Source: Lachnospiraceae bacterium UBA7182
Lineage (GTDB): Bacteria; Bacillota; Clostridia; Lachnospirales; Lachnospiraceae
Assembly (NCBI GenBank): GCA_002491115.1
Contig: DKVI01000071.1
Span: forward strand, 4,618-68,617
Direction of reading: 5' to 3'
Length of the DNA: 64,000 nt
The notes under the pieces are model-generated. The model had not been told where the DNA came from. It was given only the letters and a program-made list of their open reading frames with translations, and made no database searches. The position numbers and the translations under genes are program-made. This document shows, piece by piece, positions 7,175 to 17,085 of this stretch. Position 1 is the stretch's first letter. Each line of letters opens with the position of its first letter.

Positions 7175-8542
7175 ATGGAAGACAGACAGAAAATACAGTT
7201 ATTTGAGGAGGCGCCTGTACCGAAAGCCGTTATGACCATGTCGGTGCCGATGATTATCAGTTCACTGGTCATGGTTGTCTATAATCTGGCGGATACCTAT
7301 TTTGTGGGTATGGTTAACGACCCGATACAAAATGCGGCCGTAGCCCTTGCCGCGCCGGTTCTTCTGGCGTTTAACGCGGTGAACAACCTGTTCGGTGTAG
7401 GAAGCTCCAGTATGATGAGCCGCGCCCTGGGAAGCAGGGAGTATGATACCGTATACAGAAGCTCCGCATTCGGTTTTTACTGCGCCCTTTTAAGCGGCGC
7501 CTTGTTTTCTCTTTTGTATACGGTGTTTCGGCAGCCGCTTCTTGTGCTTCTTGGCTCGGATGCCTCTACGGCGGCGGCCACCGGCGAATATTTAAAATGG
7601 ACCGTTACCTGCGGCGCGGTGCCTGCCATATTAAATGTGGTGTTTGCCTATCTGGTGCGGGCGGAAGGATCGTCTCTGCACGCCAGCATCGGGACCATGA
7701 GCGGCTGTCTTTTAAACATCGTTCTTGACCCTGTCTTTATCCTGCCCTGGGGACTGAATATGGGGGCAGCAGGGGCAGGGCTTGCAACGTTTCTTTCCAA
7801 CTGTGCAGCGTGCCTGTACTTTTTCATCCTCCTGTATGTTAAACGGGGAAAGACTTTTGTATGCATCAGGCCGTCCATGTTCAGCCTGAATAGAAAGATC
7901 GTCGGCAGTATCTGCGGTGTCGGCATTCCCGCGTCCATCCAGAATCTTCTGAATGTCACGGGAATGACCGTCCTTAATAATTTTACATCCGTTTACGGAG
8001 CCGACGCGGTGGCGGCTATGGGGATTTCCCAGAAGATCAATATGGTCCCCATGTATATTGCACTGGGGCTTTCCCAGGGCATCATGCCGTTAGTCAGCTA
8101 CAACTATGCCAGCGGCAATACAAAGCGCATGAAACAGACGGTAGGATTTTCTGCCAAAATATCCATTACATTCCTGACGCTTATAACGATTGGTTATTAT
8201 TTCGGAGCTTCCTTTCTCATCGGTTTATTTATGAAAAATGAAACGATCATTGCTTATGGAAGCCGTTTTTTGCGGGGCTTATGTCTGGCGCTGCCGTTTT
8301 TATGTATGGATTTTCTGGCAGTGGGCGTATTTCAGGCCTGCGGCATGGGAAGCAAATCACTGGTCTTTGCAATCCTTCGTAAGATTGTGCTGGAAATTCC
8401 GGCGCTGTATATTCTGAACCGCCTGTTTCCGCTGTACGGCCTTGCGTTTTCGCAGTTTACGGCAGAGGTTGTTCTCGCCGTCGCGGCTGTCGTTGTCCTG
8501 TTCCGGCTCTTCCGCCAGTTGGAACATCGTCCGGCAAATTAG
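7175..8542 (+). CDS. MATE family efflux transporter
   Basis: 455 aa, about 12 TM helices. N-terminal PMIISSLVMVVYNLADTYFVG motif typical of MATE/NorM proteins. Confidence 0.8.
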   Translation: MEDRQKIQLFEEAPVPKAVMTMSVPMIISSLVMVVYNLADTYFVGMVNDPIQNAAVALAAPVLLAFNAVNNLFGVGSSSMMSRALGSREYDTVYRSSAFGFYCALLSGALFSLLYTVFRQPLLVLLGSDASTAAATGEYLKWTVTCGAVPAILNVVFAYLVRAEGSSLHASIGTMSGCLLNIVLDPVFILPWGLNMGAAGAGLATFLSNCAACLYFFILLYVKRGKTFVCIRPSMFSLNRKIVGSICGVGIPASIQNLLNVTGMTVLNNFTSVYGADAVAAMGISQKINMVPMYIALGLSQGIMPLVSYNYASGNTKRMKQTVGFSAKISITFLTLITIGYYFGASFLIGLFMKNETIIAYGSRFLRGLCLALPFLCMDFLAVGVFQACGMGSKSLVFAILRKIVLEIPALYILNRLFPLYGLAFSQFTAEVVLAVAAVVVLFRLFRQLEHRPAN

Positions 8543-8880
8543 AAAGAAAGGGGTTGCCGCGGCGAAACGGCAGCCCCTGTAGGATGGAAGCGGAAGAATG
8601 GAAAATCATGCATTCTGCTCAATTTTTAAAGATTTTATAAGAAATTTTCGTCAGAAAGAACATTTGACTTTCCCGAAAAGAATATGATAAACTCATAGAG
8701 TAAAGGAAAAGAAAGCATACATGATGACACAGGTAGTGCAGAGCACATAAATCTGATTACGGAACATGGCTTACGTTTTGGAGAAGAATGTGCAGAAGTT
8801 TGCCTGTGTTTTTTGTGTGCCGGAAATCCGAAAAAACGCATCAAAAGAGAAGATGCAGAATTTTAAACAGGAGGAAAAAT

Positions 8881-9450
8881 ATGCCAGGTAATCAGTTTGA
8901 AAGGATGGTATTTGCCTTTTTGACCGTACTGGTGACGGTTCATGCTTATGTATTTTACAGTCTGTATGTAGTGAATGGTTCTCTGCTGATGCAGTTGACC
9001 GGCGCAGATTCGGTGCTTCACGCGTTAGATGCCCAGGGAGGGGTCTACATGCTCGGAAGGATGGTGCCCATACGGGCGGTGATCCTGGTGGAGTTTGTGC
9101 TGGCCTATGGGCTGGAATGTCTCATGGGAAGTCCCTTTTCTTTTCGTTTTGCCTGTAAAAATTTCGAGCCGGGGAAGACACATCCGGTTATTTTTGAGAG
9201 TGCCGTGATCTGCGCTACCGTGGGGTTGATGTGCCCGGTTATGAGTTTTCTGGCCGCATGGCTGTACTATCCGTATTATTCGGGTTTCTGTCTGCTGACC
9301 CTGCTGGCGAATTGGCTGAAGCTGGTGTGCCTGAATTTCCCTTTCGCATTTTTCAGCCAGCTGTTCTTTATCCAGCCGCTGATCAGAACCGTCTTTAAGG
9401 TGCTGTTCCGCAAAGAGCGCATGGATGCTGCAGAAGGTTTGTCTGCATAA
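8881..9450 (+). CDS. membrane protein, DUF2798-like
   Basis: AGGAGG RBS before the ATG at 8881. N-terminus MPGNQFERMVFAFLTVLVTVHAYVFYSLYVVNG resembles DUF2798 repeats as recalled. The upstream part of the listed ORF (8788-8880) has no RBS. Confidence 0.4.
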   Translation: MPGNQFERMVFAFLTVLVTVHAYVFYSLYVVNGSLLMQLTGADSVLHALDAQGGVYMLGRMVPIRAVILVEFVLAYGLECLMGSPFSFRFACKNFEPGKTHPVIFESAVICATVGLMCPVMSFLAAWLYYPYYSGFCLLTLLANWLKLVCLNFPFAFFSQLFFIQPLIRTVFKVLFRKERMDAAEGLSA

Positions 9451-9465
9451 GCAGTAGATGAATAG

Positions 9466-9487
9466 AGGGATGGCATCTGCCATCCCT
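9466..9487. terminator. bidirectional hairpin terminator between convergent genes
   Basis: AGGGATGGC / GCCATCCCT stem flanked by A/T runs. Confidence 0.6.
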
Positions 9488-9513
9488 TTATAAAAAAACG
9501 AAACATAATTTTT

Positions 9514-10584
9514 TTACAGCCTGCGGCGGTACTTTTCAATCAACGCCTGAAAAGACGGCTCCTGACGAAGAAATTCGTACTCCGGCGACTGCTCTAAAGC
9601 GGCGATCATAGGCGGAAGGATCGACGCAGAAGGATCTTTTGCAAAGGCTTCGGGGATCTGGTCATACAGAGGGCAGTCGCTTAATTCCCACAGGTGAGAG
9701 ATGGAAGAAAGCAGCGCTTCCACCAGCCGTATGCTTTCTTCTTTTTCTTCTTTGGCGAGCGCAATGTCCAGGGGGAGGATGAATCTGAAATAATCGCCGT
9801 AGCCCAGAATCGTGACCGCCTGTCCGGTGATTTCGGCAATTCGGGAAGCTTTTTCCAGGTTGCCGCCGGCGAGCTGTACTTTTACCAGACGTGTCAGGGT
9901 GCCGTTTAAATCCATGACCGTCGTAAACAGTTTTCTTTGAAGCAGCTTTTCCGCTTCTGGAAGCTGTTCTTTTTTACTCAGATACAAGTCTGCCTGAGTG
10001 ACTTTTTTATCCAGCACATTGTATTCAGGCAGAAGATCAATCATTTCCTGCGCTTTGTCGTACTCCTTTTGTGTCATATACCGCGAGGCGAGCATAAAGG
10101 CTGACGAAATTTTCAGTTTTTCATCTGTTCCTTCCACGACCCGTCGGTGCCAGGAGAGGATCTTATCCTCATAAGGGAATCTTTCTTCGGCGGATAAGGT
10201 GGACATAATTAGTGTACCCTCCAGAACCAGAGCAAAAGTATGAAGCATGGACACACAGTAAGGATATTCCCGGACCTTCTGTTCCATAAAAGCAACGGCT
10301 TTGGAGAGCCCTTTTTCTTTTCCTTCTTCTTTCAGAATTTCAGAGATTGTGCTGCAAAATTTCTGAATTTCCTGCTCGGACGGCTCTTCGCGGAAACACA
10401 AAAGCACGTTTGGCTCTGTCTTTAAGACCCTGGCCAGGGCGGGCAGAAGCGTAATGTCCGGATAGCTGACGCCGGATTCCCACTTGCTGACGGCGGGCGT
10501 GGATACGCCCAAGTATTCGGCGATCTGTTCCTGGGTAAGTCCCAGCTCTTTTCTTTTTTCACGTATTTTCTGATTCATCGGCAT
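9514..10584 (-). CDS. XRE-family HTH regulator with a helical-repeat (TPR-like) C-terminal domain
   Basis: N-terminal IREKRKELGLTQEQIAEYLGVSTPAVSKWESG HTH, followed by about 280 aa of helical repeat region. This is the RNPP/Rgg-like architecture common in Firmicutes. Confidence 0.7.
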   Translation of the reverse strand: MPMNQKIREKRKELGLTQEQIAEYLGVSTPAVSKWESGVSYPDITLLPALARVLKTEPNVLLCFREEPSEQEIQKFCSTISEILKEEGKEKGLSKAVAFMEQKVREYPYCVSMLHTFALVLEGTLIMSTLSAEERFPYEDKILSWHRRVVEGTDEKLKISSAFMLASRYMTQKEYDKAQEMIDLLPEYNVLDKKVTQADLYLSKKEQLPEAEKLLQRKLFTTVMDLNGTLTRLVKVQLAGGNLEKASRIAEITGQAVTILGYGDYFRFILPLDIALAKEEKEESIRLVEALLSSISHLWELSDCPLYDQIPEAFAKDPSASILPPMIAALEQSPEYEFLRQEPSFQALIEKYRRRL

Positions 10585-10695
10585 ATCGGGTTATTTCCTT
10601 TCTGTTTTGTGCTTTTATCATATCATCCGGAATGATGAGGTACAATTGAAGAAATTTTAATAAAACAGGAAAGAAAATTAACTTCCGGTTAATTT

Positions 10696-11145
10696 TTATA
10701 AAACATGCCTTTTATAACATCTTTGTTCATAAATTTCTTTCAAATTATCAATGGCCATTTCAACGTCAAGGGTATGGAAACCAAGCCAGCATTCACTCAT
10801 TGTTTTAGCATCGGCAATTTTATATATTTCACGGCTATATTTACCCGTGTAGTAATGCCAATAGCGATAGGTATATCCTGTCCAATACATTATTTCCTGG
10901 GAATAAATCATGCCAGCCTTTTTGAGCCCGTTCATTTCATCATTTAGTTCCTCGAGAATATATTCCTCGCCCGCCCATTGCAATCGATCATAGACATCAT
11001 CAAGGGCAGCCGCGGTTTTACTGTTCATAAAAGATTCTATAAATAATGGACAATCCAATCTGGCTTTTAGAGCAAGTTCAAACAATCGTCCTTGTATATC
11101 GCAAAGCTGACGTTTTTCAAGAGTGAGTTTTTTCATTTTATTCAC
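10696..11145 (-). CDS. DUF3791-like partner protein (second gene of module 2)
   Basis: Paralog of the N-terminal 150 aa of 2018..2662. Overlaps the DUF3990 gene by 8 nt. A small hairpin TTAAC-TTCCG-GTTAA lies downstream. Confidence 0.55.
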   Translation of the reverse strand: MNKMKKLTLEKRQLCDIQGRLFELALKARLDCPLFIESFMNSKTAAALDDVYDRLQWAGEEYILEELNDEMNGLKKAGMIYSQEIMYWTGYTYRYWHYYTGKYSREIYKIADAKTMSECWLGFHTLDVEMAIDNLKEIYEQRCYKRHVL

Positions 11146-11833
11146 CTGCCTCTAATATTTCATCAAAGAACCGACCTTCACGACGATATTTCCGGCAAAT
11201 TTCATCTGCCATTGCAATGCCTTTAGAACGGTTGGATTCACTTTCTCGTTTTAGTTTATCCCGATCATTCACGGTGAGCTTTTGTTCCTCAAGTATTTTT
11301 ATTTTTTTGCAGGCTTTTTCTGTTAAAGCTACATATTGCTTACCAAGTTTTAATGCTGAAAGACTGTTAATAAGTGCCATATCAGTAATTTCTCCATTGA
11401 AAAAGCGATCCAGAACGACGAACATTCTATCGTTAGCAATATAGCCAACAATCATGTCACAGCCGCTGCTTAAATTTGCAAAATAATCATAGATAGCCGA
11501 ATGTTTCACGGATTCCATTTTGCCACGATTATATGCAATTAACAATGCCCAATCTAATCCAACTTCTATATCAAGGATTTTGAGATCTGACAAGTTAACA
11601 CTTAACGTATATATTCTGGCATCAGGATAATTGCAAATTAAAGTAAGCGGTTGCGTTCGATCAGTTCCCATATAAAACCCTTTTCCAAAATCGCAATGTT
11701 CCCGGCTTGCAGGGGCAATAATCCCACGAATCCCCGATTTTGAACCATGATAAAGCGTAACAATTTCGTTCGTTTCAATAATCTGGTTTCCTTCAAATTG
11801 GGAAAAATTAATTATATTTTCGGAATTTTTCAT
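11138..11833 (-). CDS. DUF3990-like protein (module 2)
   Basis: TLYHGSKSG ... CDFGKGFYMGTD ... GYIANDRMF blocks shared with 1360..2034. Confidence 0.65.
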   Translation of the reverse strand: MKNSENIINFSQFEGNQIIETNEIVTLYHGSKSGIRGIIAPASREHCDFGKGFYMGTDRTQPLTLICNYPDARIYTLSVNLSDLKILDIEVGLDWALLIAYNRGKMESVKHSAIYDYFANLSSGCDMIVGYIANDRMFVVLDRFFNGEITDMALINSLSALKLGKQYVALTEKACKKIKILEEQKLTVNDRDKLKRESESNRSKGIAMADEICRKYRREGRFFDEILEAGE

Positions 11834-12055
11834 AGTGTCATCCTCGAATTACAGTATAACATTTGGGCAGTCTGATTATAACATATGAAATAACAGGATA
11901 CAATACAGAGTCCCTGTTAAAACAAAGAAAGCTACTATATGTATGTCCTGCTTCTTACAATTTCGTAAGGTACATGCGCTTTTCTTGTGTTTTGTCCTGG
12001 TTCAGTATATACTAAAACACAAAACAGGTAAAATCAATGGCAGGAGGTTGGGTCC

Positions 12056-12763
12056 ATGGAAAAGCTGCTTTTACTGGAAGATGACATCGGTCTGGTGGAC
12101 GGACTTATGTATACGCTTGAAAAAGAAGGATATCTGCTCCGGGTAGCCCGGACGGTAAAAGAAGCAAGGGAACAGCTTAAGAACGGCGAGCCGTATGCGC
12201 TTCTTATTCTGGACGTGTCTTTGCCGGACGGGTCCGGTTTTGACGTCTGCAAAGAAGTCCGCGCGTCAGGGAACCAGACGCCGATCCTTTTCCTTACGGC
12301 GGCAGATGAAGAAACTCATGTGATTCGCGGACTGGATCTGGGAGGTGACGATTATTTATCCAAACCTTTCCGGCTAGGAGAACTGTGTTCCAGAATCCGG
12401 GCGCTGATCAGGAGGAGCCATATCAGGAACCTGTCGGAAGAAACGGATGTTTTAAGTTCCGGACCTTTGAAAATCTGCCTGACAGAAAGCAAAGTCTTAA
12501 AAGACGGCGTATCTTTGGCACTGACAGCCATGGAATACCGCCTGCTGTGTCTGCTGATCAGACATCAGGGACAGATTCTTACAAGAGAACAAATTTTAGA
12601 TGCTTTGTGGGACGGAAGCGGGAACTATGTGGACGATAATACGCTGTCTGTCCATATCCGAAGGCTCAGAGAAAAGATTGAAGAAAATCCTTCTCATCCT
12701 GTCCGGCTTTTGACGGTCAGGGGATTTGGCTACCAGTGGAAAGGAGAGGGGCGTACACCATGA
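12056..12763 (+). CDS. OmpR-family response regulator
   Basis: Receiver domain (LLLEDD, LLILDVSLPDGSG, KPF) plus a winged-helix C-terminus (LTAMEYRLLCLL...VRGFGYQW). Confidence 0.9.
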   Translation: MEKLLLLEDDIGLVDGLMYTLEKEGYLLRVARTVKEAREQLKNGEPYALLILDVSLPDGSGFDVCKEVRASGNQTPILFLTAADEETHVIRGLDLGGDDYLSKPFRLGELCSRIRALIRRSHIRNLSEETDVLSSGPLKICLTESKVLKDGVSLALTAMEYRLLCLLIRHQGQILTREQILDALWDGSGNYVDDNTLSVHIRRLREKIEENPSHPVRLLTVRGFGYQWKGEGRTP

Positions 12764-13989
12764 GTTTTTTACAGGAAAAACAGAACCGGCAGTATCTGAC
12801 ATTTCTTGCATGTCTTGCCACAGGCATGCTTATTTTTACGCTGTTTTCCGGATATGCAAAGCTGACATGCCTGAACCGGATTCTCTTTCGCAGGGAGCAG
12901 CAATTAGCCAGCGCCCTTTTGGAAGAGGGAATTTCGGAAAAAACACTGGCGTCTGCCTATGCCAGAGAAACGATAACGAAAGACGGTGTTCTGTTCCTGG
13001 AAAAGATCGGGCACAGTCAGGAAAGCCCTGTCCGGTATTTTTCTTATATCCGAAATCATGCGTCTGCAATCCTGCTGCCGGATTTTGCCGGCGTGCTTCT
13101 TTGGTCCGTCCTGCTTTTGGCAGGCGCTTTTTTATCCATGCGGCGGCGGGAGGCTCTGTATCTGAAAGCCGCCTGTATGGTGGAACGGTACGCGGAAGGG
13201 GATTTTTCTGTCCACCTTCCCTGGAACCAGTCGGGAACGCTTTATCGCCTGTTTTCCTCTATTGATCAGCTTGCCAAAGCATTGCAGGCCAAGTGCGAGA
13301 CAGAGCATGCGTCCGCGGAATTTTTAAAGAATACCCTGTCCGATATTTCCCATCAGTTAAAAACACCGCTGGCCGCGCTGCATATGTACGCGGAGATCAT
13401 TGCTGCCGAACCGGACAATCGGGATGTTGTCATAAGATTTTCAGAAAAATCCATGCAGTCTTTGATCCGCATGGAAGAACTGGTACAGAATCTTCTGAAA
13501 ATCACGCGCCTGGACGCCGGGAGCATCTGTTTTGAAAAAAGGGAACTGCCTGTGGAGGAAGTGGTACAAAGGGCAGTGGAGGATCTGCGGCTAAGAGCGG
13601 TCCGGGAGAAAAAGCAGATCGTGTTTAAGGGGGACGTAAAAGACAAAATTTTCTGCGATCCTGCCTGGACAGGCGAAGCCATCGGAAACCTTGTAAAAAA
13701 CGCCCTGGACCATACGTCGGAAGGCGGAAAGATCTGTATCTGCTGGAAACATTCTTCTGTGGCGCTGAAACTGTCTGTTTCGGACGACGGGTGCGGGATC
13801 GCGCCGGAAGATATCCATCATGTGTTTAAGCGGTTTTACAGAAGCCGCCGTTCCAGTGACCGACAGGGCGCAGGGCTTGGACTTTCTCTGGCTAAAAGCA
13901 TTGTAGAAGGACAGGGCGGCAGGATCTGTGTTTTCAGCGAGCCGGGGCAGGGAACGGTGTTTACGCTTTTCTTTCTTACGGAATCGTAA
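12760..13989 (+). CDS. sensor histidine kinase
   Basis: ATGA overlap with the response-regulator stop. Two TM segments. H-box SDISHQLKTPL, N-box NLVKNALDHT, G-boxes DDGCGI and GAGLGLSL. Confidence 0.9.
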   Translation: MSFLQEKQNRQYLTFLACLATGMLIFTLFSGYAKLTCLNRILFRREQQLASALLEEGISEKTLASAYARETITKDGVLFLEKIGHSQESPVRYFSYIRNHASAILLPDFAGVLLWSVLLLAGAFLSMRRREALYLKAACMVERYAEGDFSVHLPWNQSGTLYRLFSSIDQLAKALQAKCETEHASAEFLKNTLSDISHQLKTPLAALHMYAEIIAAEPDNRDVVIRFSEKSMQSLIRMEELVQNLLKITRLDAGSICFEKRELPVEEVVQRAVEDLRLRAVREKKQIVFKGDVKDKIFCDPAWTGEAIGNLVKNALDHTSEGGKICICWKHSSVALKLSVSDDGCGIAPEDIHHVFKRFYRSRRSSDRQGAGLGLSLAKSIVEGQGGRICVFSEPGQGTVFTLFFLTES

Positions 13990-14036
13990 GCCGGATTTCA
14001 CCGAAATGTAAGGTCTGTCTGGTAGGATAAAGATGT

Positions 14037-14052
14037 TCTTGAAAATACAAGA
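14037..14052 (+). promoter_or_regulatory. inverted repeat TCTTG-N6-CAAGA upstream of the ABC genes (candidate response-regulator operator)
   Basis: TCTTGAAAATACAAGA is a perfect 5-bp inverted repeat with a 6-nt spacer, about 25 nt upstream of the RBS of 14076. Confidence 0.3.
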
Positions 14053-14075
14053 CTACAAGGAAAGAGGTAGGAATC

Positions 14076-14759
14076 ATGCAGATTTTACAGGTAGAAAAAC
14101 TTTGCAAAGTCTACGGAACCGGCGATACGGCGGTAAAGGCTTTGCAGGATGTGACATTCTCCATGGAAAAGGGAGAGTTTGCGGCGGTGGTCGGGGAGTC
14201 AGGTTCAGGGAAAAGTACGCTTCTGAACTGTATCGGGGCTTTGGATACGCCCACATCCGGCAGGATTTGTCTGGACGGAACGGATCTGTTCGGAATGAAG
14301 GAGAATCAGAGAACTTTGTTTCGGCGCAGAAATGTGGGATTTATTTTTCAGTCCTTCCATCTGATTCAGGAACTCGACGTGGAACAGAATATGATTTTTC
14401 CGCTTTTACTGGACTACCAGAAGCCAAGGCGGGAGAAAGTGGAAGAATTACTGGAACTTTTAGGCCTGCAGGACAGGCGGCATCATCTCCCCTGTCAGTT
14501 GTCAGGCGGGCAGCAGCAAAGAGCGGCCATCGGGCGGGCGCTGATGACCCGTCCCATGCTGGTGCTGGCAGACGAACCCACAGGCAATTTAGATTCTAAA
14601 AGCAGCGAGGATGTGATGGAACTTTTAACAAAAGCATCCCGCCGTTACCAGCAGACAGTCCTGATGATCACCCACAATATGCAGTTGACTGCTTTTGCGG
14701 ACCGGGTGTTTCAGGTAAAGGACGGAAGACTTACAGATATGGGAGGGATGAAGGCGTGA
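14076..14759 (+). CDS. ABC transporter ATP-binding protein (MacB/BceA-like)
   Basis: Walker A GESGSGKST, Q-loop, signature LSGGQQQR, Walker B LVLADEPTGNLD. Confidence 0.9.
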   Translation: MQILQVEKLCKVYGTGDTAVKALQDVTFSMEKGEFAAVVGESGSGKSTLLNCIGALDTPTSGRICLDGTDLFGMKENQRTLFRRRNVGFIFQSFHLIQELDVEQNMIFPLLLDYQKPRREKVEELLELLGLQDRRHHLPCQLSGGQQQRAAIGRALMTRPMLVLADEPTGNLDSKSSEDVMELLTKASRRYQQTVLMITHNMQLTAFADRVFQVKDGRLTDMGGMKA

Positions 14760-17083
14760 GAAATTATCTGGATCTGATTCCGATTCAGTCGTCCATTCAC
14801 AGAAAACAAAGCCGCATGACCCGGATTTGCATCTTCTTGTCGGTATTTCTTGTGATGACGATCTTTGGGATGGCGGATATGGAGATGGTAAGCCAGAAAG
14901 TACAGGCTGTAAGAAGCGACGGAAACTGGCATGTTGTCTTTAAAAATATAAACGGCCAGCAGGCGGCTCTGATTGACGCCAGGCCGGAAGTAAAAATAAC
15001 CGGATGGTATGACGTGATCAATTACGGGCTGGACAGCCACTGGCAGGTCGAAGGACAGGAGACGGTCGTCTGCGGGATGAATCAGTCTTTAATGCAGGTG
15101 CTTCCGGTGGCGCTTAAAGAAGGGAATTTTCCCGCATCCGGTGAGGATGAGGTGGTGTGTACCACAAGCGTCCAGGACCGTCTGGGGATTCAACCGGGAG
15201 ATACCGTCCGGATCGAAGCGCCGGATGGACGTCTGCTTTCATTTTCGGTCAGTGGATTTGCAGAGACGACTTCCATGCTGACGGAGAAAGACGCTTTTGG
15301 TATTTTCACGGACCTGGATACGTTTCATGCATATTTTACAGACGGAATACCCACGGAAAAAGATAATGTCCTTTATGTGCAGTTTGCTCCTTTTTGCAAT
15401 ATCCAAAGGGCGCTTTCTACTATAAAAAGGCAGTTCGGACTTTCAGATGAACAGGTGGCAGAGAACGCCAAACTGTTAGGCCTGATGTTTCAAAGCAGTG
15501 ATCCGTATCTGCTTCAGATCTATCTGGTGGCGCTGGTTCTTGCCGTACTGGTGGCTGTAGCCGGAATCCTGATGATCACGGGCAGTCTAAACAGCAGTGT
15601 AGCCCAGAGGACCGAATTTTTCGGACTGATGCGCTGTCTGGGCGCCACTCCCAGGCAGGTGATGCGTTTTGTGAGAAAAGAAGCGCTGGGGTGGTGTAAG
15701 ACCGCCATACCAGCGGCGCTTCTTGCAGGAACGGCGGTTATATGGGGACTTTGTCAGCTTCTTCGCTGTTTAAGCCCGAACCTGTTTGAGGGAATGCCTC
15801 TTTTTGGAATCAGTTGGATCGGGATCGCGGCAGGGGTGGTCTTAGGGCTTGTGACTGTTCTTACGGCGGCCCACGCGCCTGCCAAAAGAGCCTCCAAAGT
15901 GACGCCTTTAAGCGCTGTTTCAGGCAATGCCGGAACTACTTATGGCGTAAAATCTTCCGCAAATACCAGATGGTTTCCCATAGAGCTGTCCCTTGGATGC
16001 CATCATGCCACAGGAAGCCTTAAGAATCTTTTTTTAATGTCCGGTTCTTTTGCTTTTGGGATTCTCCTTTTTATGTCTTTTTCGACGCTTCATGATTTTA
16101 TGAACCATGCGTTTACGCCGCTTCGGCCCTGGTCGCCGGATCTGTCTGTCATAAGTCCTGACAATTCCTGCTCTGTCCCGGAAGACCTGGCGGAGCGTAT
16201 CGCCGGACAATCGTCGGTCAGGCGCGTCTATGGAAGGAGATTTGCCTACGACATGGACGCCGGCGTGGGGGAACGGACGATCAAGATTCAGTTAATTTCG
16301 TATGAAAGTCATCAGCTTGTGTGGGCAGAGGATGATCTGTATTCCGGCACAGTGGACGAGATACCCAGGGGGGAGTCCGTGCTTACCGTGTTAAAAGAAG
16401 AAGATAAGATACAAACAGGAGAGCAGATTCGTATCAGGACAGAAACAGGATGGGAATCCTTGCCTGTATCCGGTGTGCTTACCACCTGTCCTTTTGACCA
16501 GGACCCGGATGTCTTTACGGTGATCTGTTCGGAAGATTTGTTTAAAAGGCTGACAGGAGAAACCGATTATACAATCCTGGATATTCAGGTAAAACGGGGA
16601 ACGTCGGATCAGGAAGTAGAAAATATCCGCCGGATGGCGGGAGAAAATATCCTGTTTTCTGACAAACGTCAGGGAAATGAGGAAGTGATGGGCGCATATT
16701 ATGCGTTTCTTTTATTCCTGTATGGGTTTCTTGTGGTAATCCTGATGATCTGTGCTTTTCATATTATAAACAGTATGTCCATGAGCGCATCCGCCCGGAT
16801 GGGGCAGTATCAGAATATGTATGCCGTCGGCATGGATCAAAGACAGTTGATCCGGATGGTGGCGGCGGAGGCATTCTTTTATACGTTTCTGGGGATTCTT
16901 GTGGGCGGAGCTGCCGGATGCTGGTTTCACAGGCTTTTATACCAGTATCTTGTGACTTCCCGCTGGGGAGACGCCTGGCAGGTGCCGGCAGGGCCGTTTC
17001 TTGCAGCAGCTGCGACGGTGCTTCTGGCTTCTGCGCTGTCGATCCTGGGGCCCGGAAAAAGGATGGCTAAGATTGTCAGATAA
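14756..17083 (+). CDS. FtsX-family ABC permease (BceB-like, two FtsX domains)
   Basis: 775 aa. GTGA overlap with the ATPase gene. Multiple TM helices with large extracytoplasmic loops. The gene order RR-HK-ATPase-permease is typical of peptide-antibiotic sensing/detoxification modules. Confidence 0.8.
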   Translation: MRNYLDLIPIQSSIHRKQSRMTRICIFLSVFLVMTIFGMADMEMVSQKVQAVRSDGNWHVVFKNINGQQAALIDARPEVKITGWYDVINYGLDSHWQVEGQETVVCGMNQSLMQVLPVALKEGNFPASGEDEVVCTTSVQDRLGIQPGDTVRIEAPDGRLLSFSVSGFAETTSMLTEKDAFGIFTDLDTFHAYFTDGIPTEKDNVLYVQFAPFCNIQRALSTIKRQFGLSDEQVAENAKLLGLMFQSSDPYLLQIYLVALVLAVLVAVAGILMITGSLNSSVAQRTEFFGLMRCLGATPRQVMRFVRKEALGWCKTAIPAALLAGTAVIWGLCQLLRCLSPNLFEGMPLFGISWIGIAAGVVLGLVTVLTAAHAPAKRASKVTPLSAVSGNAGTTYGVKSSANTRWFPIELSLGCHHATGSLKNLFLMSGSFAFGILLFMSFSTLHDFMNHAFTPLRPWSPDLSVISPDNSCSVPEDLAERIAGQSSVRRVYGRRFAYDMDAGVGERTIKIQLISYESHQLVWAEDDLYSGTVDEIPRGESVLTVLKEEDKIQTGEQIRIRTETGWESLPVSGVLTTCPFDQDPDVFTVICSEDLFKRLTGETDYTILDIQVKRGTSDQEVENIRRMAGENILFSDKRQGNEEVMGAYYAFLLFLYGFLVVILMICAFHIINSMSMSASARMGQYQNMYAVGMDQRQLIRMVAAEAFFYTFLGILVGGAAGCWFHRLLYQYLVTSRWGDAWQVPAGPFLAAAATVLLASALSILGPGKRMAKIVR

Positions 17084-17085
17084 GG

